Assembly: GCA_947643715.1 (NCBI GenBank)
Contig: CANRXB010000012.1
Location: forward strand, 444 to 64,443
DNA from: an uncultured bacterium
GTDB lineage: Bacteria; Bacillota; Clostridia; Oscillospirales; Oscillospiraceae
Direction of reading: 5' to 3'
Length of the DNA stretch: 64,000 nt
Under the pieces are notes generated by a model. That model worked only from the letters and a program-made list of their open reading frames with translations. It made no database searches and was not told the origin of the DNA. Shown here piece by piece: positions 46,442 through 53,685 of the stretch (position 1 is its first letter; the number at the start of each line of letters is the position of its first letter). The translations under genes were made by a program, and so were the position numbers.

Positions 46442-47278
46442 TCATTCGCCCAGGTACAGCCGGACGATCTCCAGATATTCCTCAGGATAGAAGCCGATCT
46501 CCCCCTGGAACCGGGTCAGGGCGATCAGTCCGCCGTCGATCTCCTCGATGGACGCCAGCATGGCCGCGTTCTCCGCCTTCAAGCCGCCGCCGTACACCAC
46601 GTCCATCCCTCCGGTACGCTCCTTCACGAACCGGGCGATCTTGGTGATATAGTCCTTCCCCGCCGGGGTCTTGCCCGGCCCGATGGACCACACCGGCTCG
46701 TAGCCGATGACGACCTTGCTCTTGTCCACGCCCTCCAGCCCCACGTCCAACTGCGCTCCCAGCACCTGTTCCCACTGGGGCTGCTCCTCGCTGGTCTCGC
46801 CGATACAATACAGCACCGTCAGCCCGGCCTTTTGGGCGCAGCGGATCTCCTGGTTCAGCAGGCGGTCCACTGCGGACGCGTCGGCGGAGCCCGCCTCGGC
46901 CAGGATGCCTTTTTTGTCGTTGCGCTCCTCACAGTGCCCGATCAGGGTGGAGACGCACCCCATGGCCTTCACGATAGAGGCCGGCCGGTTGGTGGTGAAG
47001 GCCCCAAAGTTGCCCCCCACCGCCGTGTCCATGCGGTACACCCCCTGGCTGCCCAGCTTCACCGGGCTGTCCGGCGTCAACGCAGCCGCCGCCCCCAGCA
47101 GATGGGCCTCCGGCAGATACTGGACGAACTCCACCTTTTCAGGGTCGTACCTGCGCAGCCCCTCCTGGGTGCCGTCCACCACCGCCGCGCCCCAGTCTCT
47201 CACGGGGGCCAGCCGGTTCACGCCGCCCAGCTCCACCGGCACGTCGAACCGCTTCAGATTCAAGTAGATATGCTTCAT
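46442..47278 (-). CDS. Triosephosphate isomerase-family protein, divergent
   Basis: NLK, IGHCEER, GYEPVWSIG catalytic motifs; phosphate loops altered (YGGGL, IALTR). Confidence 0.85.
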   Translation of the reverse strand: MKHIYLNLKRFDVPVELGGVNRLAPVRDWGAAVVDGTQEGLRRYDPEKVEFVQYLPEAHLLGAAAALTPDSPVKLGSQGVYRMDTAVGGNFGAFTTNRPASIVKAMGCVSTLIGHCEERNDKKGILAEAGSADASAVDRLLNQEIRCAQKAGLTVLYCIGETSEEQPQWEQVLGAQLDVGLEGVDKSKVVIGYEPVWSIGPGKTPAGKDYITKIARFVKERTGGMDVVYGGGLKAENAAMLASIEEIDGGLIALTRFQGEIGFYPEEYLEIVRLYLGE

Positions 47279-47284
47279 CCCTCT

Positions 47285-48445
47285 TCACCTCAACTGAGCA
47301 TATTCCGGGAGATCGCCTCCCATCAGCGGCAGGGCGTACTCGAAGAAAGCGCCGGCGATCTTGTTCCCGTCCACGATCCATTCCAGCGGGAACTTCTTCT
47401 CCACGTTGGCCACCTTCTCCAGCGGCGCCAGGGACAGGCTGCTGCTGTACTCCGGATCGCGCACCGCGTCGATGGCCACCATGCAGCCGCTCTCCCCCTT
47501 CAGCGCCGCGTTCACCGCATACCGGCCCACCGCATACGCCTCCGCCCGGTCCACCTGGGACACGTAGGGGATGCTGGCCCGGCCCAACAGCCCCGGCTTC
47601 TCCGCCCGGGACTTGAGGCCCAGCCGCTGGACGATCTGGTCCGTGACGTGCTGCGCCGCGCCGCCGGGCACCGTGTGCCCGAAGCCGTCCACTATGCCGG
47701 TGTCCGCCAAGGACTTGCCGTCCAGGCCGCAGATCCCCTCGCTCACCGTCACCAGCAGGCCCTTCCCTTTGGCGTAGGCCCTTTCGATGTCTGCCAGCAT
47801 CCTGTCCTCGTCCACCGGGACCTCCGGCAAATACGTGAGCACCTCGCAGTCCGTCAGCCGCCCCGCCAGCGCGCTGGCGGCGGTGACCCAGCCAGCGTTG
47901 CGGCCCATCAGCTCCAGCACCACCACGTGGATCGGCAGGCCGGAGGCGTCCAGCGCCAGTTCCGCGGCGCTCAGCGCCGCGTACCGGGCGGCAGAGCCGA
48001 AGCCCGGGCAGTGGTCGGTGAGGTCCAGGTCGTTGTCCATGGTCTTGGGGATGCCGATGACCCGGACGTCCAGCCCCTCCTTTTTCGCCAGCTCGCTGAC
48101 CTTGTTGCAGGTGTCCATGGAATCGTTGCCGCCGTTGTAGAAGAAGCAGTCGATCCGGAACTTCCTCAGCGTTTCCAGCACCGTGGGGTAGTCCGCGCCG
48201 GTGAGCTTCCGCCGGCAGGAGCCGATGGCGGAGGCGGGCGTATGCCCCAATCTGGCGATGGTCGCGGCGGGCACGTCCGTCAAATCGATCAGGTCCCCGG
48301 CCAGGATGCCCTCCGCCCCGAAGCGGGCGGCGTAGATCTTGTCCACCTGCCCGGACGCCCTGGCCGCCTCCACCACCCCCTGGAGGGAGCAGTTGATCAC
48401 CGCCGTGGGCCCGCCGCCATGGGCCACCAAGATGTTCTTACCCAT
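47285..48445 (-). CDS. PfkA-family phosphofructokinase, PPi-dependent signature
   Basis: GGGPTAVIN, GGNDS, PKTMDND, ELMGRNAGW; start set at ATG 48445. Confidence 0.88.
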   Translation of the reverse strand: MGKNILVAHGGGPTAVINCSLQGVVEAARASGQVDKIYAARFGAEGILAGDLIDLTDVPAATIARLGHTPASAIGSCRRKLTGADYPTVLETLRKFRIDCFFYNGGNDSMDTCNKVSELAKKEGLDVRVIGIPKTMDNDLDLTDHCPGFGSAARYAALSAAELALDASGLPIHVVVLELMGRNAGWVTAASALAGRLTDCEVLTYLPEVPVDEDRMLADIERAYAKGKGLLVTVSEGICGLDGKSLADTGIVDGFGHTVPGGAAQHVTDQIVQRLGLKSRAEKPGLLGRASIPYVSQVDRAEAYAVGRYAVNAALKGESGCMVAIDAVRDPEYSSSLSLAPLEKVANVEKKFPLEWIVDGNKIAGAFFEYALPLMGGDLPEYAQLR

Positions 48446-48464
48446 ATATGATTTCTCCAATTTT

Positions 48465-48564
48465 CATAATACTTCGTTGCCGGGCGGGAGCTTGAAGGGC
48501 CTGCCTGCGCCCGTCAGCGGATCAAAGTTCTTTTTGCCTACTTTTTCTTGAAAGAAAAAGTAGG
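48465..48564. repeat. REP-like palindromic intergenic element
   Basis: CCTACTTTTTCT-TGAA-AGAAAAAGTAGG hairpin (48537-48564) abutting the aldolase stop, plus a GC-rich CGGGCG/CGCCCG arm pair. Confidence 0.45.
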
Positions 48565-49722
48565 TCAGATCCCCTTCTTGCGGTAGCGCTCCGCCATCTC
48601 GTCCAGGCTGACGCACTCCACCAGCGGGGCCTTGCCCACGGAGTCGAATTCCACGATCAGCGTGCCCACGACCTCCTTCACGCCCCGCTCGATGCACTCC
48701 ACGATCCGGGCCACGTCCTCGTCGGGCACGTTGCCGTACATGACGGTGTCCATGATGGGGGGGAAGAACACCCGGGGGTCGAAGGCGGAGGGGTTGTCCA
48801 CCAGCAGCTTATAGATGCCGCCGATGGATGCGCTCTCCCGCAGGGCCGGGCTGTCCCGGAACAGCTCCCGCAGGTTCCGGGTGACCGCCAGGCGGATGTC
48901 CGTGTCCACGTTGATCTTGCGGATGCCCAGCTTGGACACCTCTTTGAGCTGTTCCTTCTTGATGCCATAGGCGTCGTGGATCTCGCCGCCCAGCGCGTTG
49001 ATCTCCGATACGATGTACTGGGGCACGGTGGACGAGCCGTGGCTCACCAGAGTGCCTTCGATCCCCTGGTGCAGCATACACTCCTTGGTGGCGATCGCGA
49101 TCTCCTTGCGGATCACTGTGTCCTTGCCCTTGTTGGCCCCGTGCTTGGTTCCGTAACTGATCGCCAGCGCGTCCACCCCGGTCTGCCGGAAGAACTCCAC
49201 CGCGTCCATCGGGTCCGTGTACGTGGAGGTAGCGGCGAACACGTGGTCCTCCACCCCCGCCAGCACGCCCAGCTCGCCCTCTACGGTGACCCCACGCTCG
49301 TGGGCGTACTTCACCACCTCCCGGGTCAACTCCACGTTCTCCTTGAAGGGCAGGGACGAGCCGTCGATCATCACGGAGGTGTACCCTCCCGCGATCGCGG
49401 CCACGCAGGAGTCCATGTCCTTCCCGTGGTCCAGGTGGAGGGCCACCGGGATGGGAGAATGCTCGGCGTACTTCTTCACCGCCGCGGCGATGTTCAGCGC
49501 GCCCTTCTTCTTGTCCTCCAGGGTGCCCTGGGCGAAGTCGGTCCGGCCGCCCATGAAGGCGTTGGCCAGGTCCGCCCCCTGCAGGATGGCCGCCGAGCGG
49601 AACATCTCATGCACCTCGATCACTGCCTTCGCCTGGCACACCGCGTTCACGTTGAACGCCCCCTGCGCATAGTTGTGTGCCTCCGCCGCGTCCAAGATCG
49701 CTCTCATCGGAACTAACGCCAT
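48565..49722 (-). CDS. Class II (Zn) ketose-bisphosphate aldolase
   Basis: GAFNVN, LHLDHG, SVMIDGS, EGELG, GTKHG, SHGSS, KINVDTD, FDPR. Confidence 0.92.
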   Translation of the reverse strand: MALVPMRAILDAAEAHNYAQGAFNVNAVCQAKAVIEVHEMFRSAAILQGADLANAFMGGRTDFAQGTLEDKKKGALNIAAAVKKYAEHSPIPVALHLDHGKDMDSCVAAIAGGYTSVMIDGSSLPFKENVELTREVVKYAHERGVTVEGELGVLAGVEDHVFAATSTYTDPMDAVEFFRQTGVDALAISYGTKHGANKGKDTVIRKEIAIATKECMLHQGIEGTLVSHGSSTVPQYIVSEINALGGEIHDAYGIKKEQLKEVSKLGIRKINVDTDIRLAVTRNLRELFRDSPALRESASIGGIYKLLVDNPSAFDPRVFFPPIMDTVMYGNVPDEDVARIVECIERGVKEVVGTLIVEFDSVGKAPLVECVSLDEMAERYRKKGI

Positions 49723-49850
49723 AGGTATCTACTCCCTTTCTTTTCCTCCGGCCCGGACCGCACGGCCCAGATCCTTTCCTTCGATCCCACAACAGATCTC
49801 CTCTGCCGCCATTCGGCGGCAGACAGGGGCGCGCCCCTGTCGCATCGATC

Positions 49851-49896
49851 ATTATTTAATTTATTTAAGAATACTGCAAACCACCGGATCGTGCAA
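49851..49896 (-). promoter_or_regulatory. Promoter of the aldolase-nagA operon with AT-rich operator-like tract
   Basis: TTGCAC-N17-TATTCT followed by TAAATAAATTAAATAAT. Confidence 0.6.
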
Positions 49897-49980
49897 GATG
49901 TAAAATTACCTAGGATCTCCACGTCATTCTTGTGCATAGTACCCGATCGCCATCCGTCGACCCGGCGCCGTGCTCCTCCG

Positions 49981-50808
49981 CTACGGCAGGAAGCCCTCGA
50001 AGATGGAGGCCACCCCCGCCTTGTCCAGCATCTCCATGGTCTGCCGGTCCCTGACCGTCCAGCCCACCTCGTGGACGCCATACAGCGCCCGCATCAGCCG
50101 CAGGCCCACATTGCCCCTGTCCTGCCATTTGTAGGCGATGAAATCCGGGCGGGTGAACGCGGTGGTGAGTAGCTGGGTGAGCATGAACCGCACCGGCAGG
50201 GACAGGCCATGCACCTCGCTGTCCTTGAGGAAGTCCTGGCTGAGCTGGCCCCGGAGGACATGGGGATATCCCTCCTTCAGCCGCAGCAGCACACCTGGAT
50301 GGAACGACTCCAGGCAATAGGTCCCGTTCCAGCCCTCCAGAGCCGCCATCACAGCGTCGGTGAGGGCAGCGGCATTGCCGCGCTCCACCTTCAGCTCGAT
50401 GACCAAAGGCGTCCTCCCCTCGAACAGCGCCAGCACGTCCCGGAACAGCGGTATGGTCTCCTGCGTCCCCAGGAGGGGATGCTCCCTCAGATCGGCTGCG
50501 GTCAGATCCTCGATGCGGACATCCACACCGCACAGCCGTTCCAGATCGCTGTCGTGGACCACCGCCAGCTCTCCGTCCGCCATGAGATGGACGTCCAGTT
50601 CTGCGCCGAAGCCGGACTCGACGGCGCGCCTGAACGCGGTCATCGAGTTCTCCGGCACGCCCAGGGCCATGTCATGGAGCCCCCTGTGTGCGAACCGCAC
50701 CCCCTCCATCGCCTCCCATCCAGGCTGGCCCCGCCTGGGCCGGAGCAGCAGGCACCACGCTCCCAACGCGCCCAAACAGCCCGCGCCCACCTTCACGATC
50801 GTTTTCAT
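49981..50808 (-). CDS. Glycerophosphodiester phosphodiesterase family protein, membrane-anchored
   Basis: N-terminal hydrophobic helix; FAHRGLH, PENSMTAF, ELDVHL, VVHD, IELK. Confidence 0.9.
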   Translation of the reverse strand: MKTIVKVGAGCLGALGAWCLLLRPRRGQPGWEAMEGVRFAHRGLHDMALGVPENSMTAFRRAVESGFGAELDVHLMADGELAVVHDSDLERLCGVDVRIEDLTAADLREHPLLGTQETIPLFRDVLALFEGRTPLVIELKVERGNAAALTDAVMAALEGWNGTYCLESFHPGVLLRLKEGYPHVLRGQLSQDFLKDSEVHGLSLPVRFMLTQLLTTAFTRPDFIAYKWQDRGNVGLRLMRALYGVHEVGWTVRDRQTMEMLDKAGVASIFEGFLP

Positions 50809-50832
50809 CCGCGCATCTCCTTTATCTATCGC

Positions 50833-52176
50833 TCAATCGTCCATGTCCTCGAACGCGTCCAGCCCGTGCTTCATCTCCGCCTTGCTGTCGCCGTGGCGGA
50901 CGAACAGCATGGTGACGAAGCTCATCGTCACGAAGAACGCGGCATAGGGGAACAGCACCTGATAGCCGATCTCCTTCATCAGCGTGCCCGCCAGTACGGG
51001 CGTGACCACCTGGGCCGCCATGGACGCGGTGTAATAATAGCCGGTGAACTTGCCCACGTCGGAGCCCTTGCACATCTCCACCACCATGGGCAGGGAATTG
51101 ACGTTGATGGCGGCCCAGGCCAGGCCCACCAGCGCGAACGCCACATACATGGGCGGTGTGATGGTATGGGCGTTCCAGGTGAGCAGGAAGCCCGAGGCGA
51201 AACAGACCGCCAGCAAGATCACTCCCGCCTGGATGGTCCGCTTCCGGCCGAACCTGGACGCCACGATGCCGATCGGGATATACGATACGATAGCGCCCAC
51301 CGTGGCCACCATGAGGCAGGTATTGGTCCCGCCGATGCCCTCCCCCATCACCTCGGACACGTAGGTGGAGAACCATGTGGTGACGCCGTTGTACCCGATA
51401 TACCACAGTGCGATGGAGGCCAGCAGGAACACCAGGCTCTTTTTCACCGGGCCCGGCAGCACCTCGCTGCCGCTGCCGTCGCTCTCGGCCAGGTTCCACT
51501 CCGGGTGCCTCTTTTCCAAAGCTTGGTTCTCCTCCGCCAGCTTCGGCTCCCGGATGGCGATCAGCAGCACGATCACCGCCACCAGCATGATGCCCCCCAC
51601 GATGAGGAACAGCGGCTGATAATCCACATGCTCCATGCCGCGGGTCTTTTCAGCCGGATAGAGCAGCACGCTCACGCCCAGATAGAGCACGCCGCCCACC
51701 GCGCCCATCAGGTTGATGATGGCGTTGCCCTTGGATCGCAGGGGCTTCGGGGTCACGTCCGGCATGAGGGCCACCGCGGGAGAACGATAGGTGCCCATGG
51801 CGATGAGCAGCAGCCCCAGCACGATGACGAAGGAGACCAGCTTGAAGGGAGCGGCCTGCTCGTGATAGCTGTTGTCCAAAACGGGCAGGACGTTCATCAG
51901 GATCACCGCTCCGGCGGTCCCTGCCAGGATATACGGCGTGCGCCGGCCCAGCTTCGATCTGGTCCTGTCGGACAGGCCGCCAAAAAGCGGCAGCAGGAAC
52001 AGGGCCAATATGTTGTCCGACGCCATGATGACGCCGGTGAAGGACTCGTCCATGTGGAAGGTCCTCTGGAGGATCAGCGGGACCAGATTGTCATACATCT
52101 GCCAAAACGAGCAGATCGACAGGAACGCCAGGCCCACCAGTATCGTGCGTTTGTTGTTCAGCTTCATCTCGTCCAT
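50833..52176 (-). CDS. MFS transporter (GPH/SLC45 glycoside:cation symporter type)
   Basis: LSDRTRSKLGRRTPY, RSPAVALMPD, GKFTGYYYTASM; start set at ATG 52176. Confidence 0.88.
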   Translation of the reverse strand: MDEMKLNNKRTILVGLAFLSICSFWQMYDNLVPLILQRTFHMDESFTGVIMASDNILALFLLPLFGGLSDRTRSKLGRRTPYILAGTAGAVILMNVLPVLDNSYHEQAAPFKLVSFVIVLGLLLIAMGTYRSPAVALMPDVTPKPLRSKGNAIINLMGAVGGVLYLGVSVLLYPAEKTRGMEHVDYQPLFLIVGGIMLVAVIVLLIAIREPKLAEENQALEKRHPEWNLAESDGSGSEVLPGPVKKSLVFLLASIALWYIGYNGVTTWFSTYVSEVMGEGIGGTNTCLMVATVGAIVSYIPIGIVASRFGRKRTIQAGVILLAVCFASGFLLTWNAHTITPPMYVAFALVGLAWAAINVNSLPMVVEMCKGSDVGKFTGYYYTASMAAQVVTPVLAGTLMKEIGYQVLFPYAAFFVTMSFVTMLFVRHGDSKAEMKHGLDAFEDMDD

Positions 52177-52220
52177 GTCCACACCCTCTTTTCTTTATCA
52201 GTCATGCCCGCGCCCGGGCG

Positions 52221-53063
52221 TCAGGGGCCGGTCTCGCCGGCGGCCCCTCCGGCACTTTTTTCCGCCCTCTCCTCCTCCCAGGCCCGGTGGAGCGCGGCGA
52301 TGTCCTCGAACACCCAGGTCGGCTCCACCTCGCTGCTCTCCAGGTCGGCCAGCGTCCCCTCGCCCGACAGGACGAACGCGGTATCGATCCCCGCGTTGAC
52401 GCCGGCCGCGATGTCGGTGTACAGCCTGTCCCCGATCATCACCGTCTTTTCCGGCGCGACGCCTGCCCGTTCCATGGCCAGCCGCGCCATGGCAGGCTGG
52501 GGCTTCCCGATCACGCGCGGCCTGCGCCCCGTCGCCCGGAACAGCATCTCGCACACGCTGCCGCAATCCGGCACCGAACCGTACCACGTCGGACAGACCC
52601 AGTCCGGGTTCGCGGCGATGAAGTCCACGCCCCGGCCCAGCAGGATGCAGGCGTCCTCCAGCTTCTGGAACGTCAGCTCGGTATCGAACCCTATGATCAA
52701 GCATTCCACCGCGTCCTCCCGCCTATCCGTCACGGGTATCCCCGCCGATCGGAGCTGGCCCTTGAAGCTTTCCGTGCCGAAGGCATAGCACAGCCGGTAA
52801 GGCGGGCGGGACTGCAGGTCGGCGATGAGGGCGTCCACCGAAGTGACGAAATGCTCCCGCTCCGCCCGGATGCCCATCACGGCCAGCTTCCGGATATAGT
52901 CGTCCGCCGACTTAGAGGAGTTGTTCGTGAGGAAGCGATAGCGGCCCCCGCCCGCCCGCACCGCACCCAGGAACGGGATCGTCCACGGGAACAGGTCCCG
53001 ATCCAAATAGATGGTGCCGTCCATATCCAGCAGGAACAGCTCCTTTTCTCCCAGCCGCGCCAT
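52221..53063 (-). CDS. HAD-IIA (NagD-like) phosphatase
   Basis: DMDGTIY, LTNNS, IGKPQ, IGDRLYTDI. Confidence 0.92.
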   Translation of the reverse strand: MARLGEKELFLLDMDGTIYLDRDLFPWTIPFLGAVRAGGGRYRFLTNNSSKSADDYIRKLAVMGIRAEREHFVTSVDALIADLQSRPPYRLCYAFGTESFKGQLRSAGIPVTDRREDAVECLIIGFDTELTFQKLEDACILLGRGVDFIAANPDWVCPTWYGSVPDCGSVCEMLFRATGRRPRVIGKPQPAMARLAMERAGVAPEKTVMIGDRLYTDIAAGVNAGIDTAFVLSGEGTLADLESSEVEPTWVFEDIAALHRAWEEERAEKSAGGAAGETGP

Positions 53064-53120
53064 CCGCTCACACCTTTCGGTAAAAGTCCCCTTCTCTTTG
53101 ACGCAAAGAAGGAAAAGATC

Positions 53121-53172
53121 TTTATTTCCATTTATTGAAATTTATTTTAACACACTGCACCCCTTTTGTCCA
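53121..53172 (-). promoter_or_regulatory. Promoter of the HAD-MFS-GDPD operon with phased AATAAA repeats
   Basis: TGGACA-N17-TAAAAT; three AATAAA copies at 10-bp spacing over and downstream of the -10. Confidence 0.6.
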
Positions 53173-53315
53173 TTCGTTTTTGTAAAAATCAACGAAACTT
53201 CGCTCCAGCCTCCACCGCTTCCCATCATTTTCAACATCTCCCCGGCGATGTGCCCTTCCTCGGGCGCACGCGGCCACCGGACGGCATGGAGCGGCGGCTT
53301 CGCCATGGACCGCAC

Positions 53316-53355
53316 AAAAAGGACCGGGGCGAGCCGAACGGCCCGCCCCGGTCCT
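53316..53355 (-). terminator. Minus-strand terminator upstream of sigK
   Basis: AGGACCGGGGCG/CGCCCCGGTCCT stem plus T run on the - strand. Confidence 0.7.
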
Positions 53356-53441
53356 CCCCGCCTCCGACGGTCTGAGCTGTCCGGAGGTTCGAACGACAGC
53401 TCATGACGCGGCCGCCGGCCCATCCGGGCCACTTTTCTAAA

Positions 53442-53469
53442 ATACGGACACGCCGCTTCCGCATACATT
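53442..53469 (+). promoter_or_regulatory. Mother-cell sigE-type promoter of sigK
   Basis: ATA-N17-CATACATT, matching ATA-N16/18-CATACAHT, just upstream of the GGAGG RBS. Confidence 0.7.
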
Positions 53470-53488
53470 TTCGATGGAGGTGGTATCC

Positions 53489-53685
53489 ATGTGGACGGCA
53501 TGGCTGTTATTGACATTGAACGGGTTGTTCTTCACCCTTCGTTTGGCAGGGAACACGGGTTCCTTCCCTCGGGCCCTCACCCGCGAAGAGGAGCAGGACT
53601 GCCTGCAGCGGATGGCGGAGGGCGACTCTGACGCCCGGGACATGCTCATCGAGCACAACCTGCGGCTGGTGGCTCATATCGTTAA
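53489..53685 (+). CDS. sigK: Pro-sigma-K, 5' fragment (codons 1-65) of a split gene
   Basis: Hydrophobic pro-sequence, SFPRAL, LIEHNLRLVAHIV, then a premature stop from element sequence. Confidence 0.92.

Noticed and set aside
44947-48451. Long plus-strand ORFs 44947-46647 and 46280-48451
   Set aside because: Shadows of the LarA-like, TPI-like and PFK genes; no RBS or recognisable motifs
50209-52788. 859-aa plus-strand ORF
   Set aside because: Antisense to the GDPD/MFS/HAD genes, which carry clear family motifs
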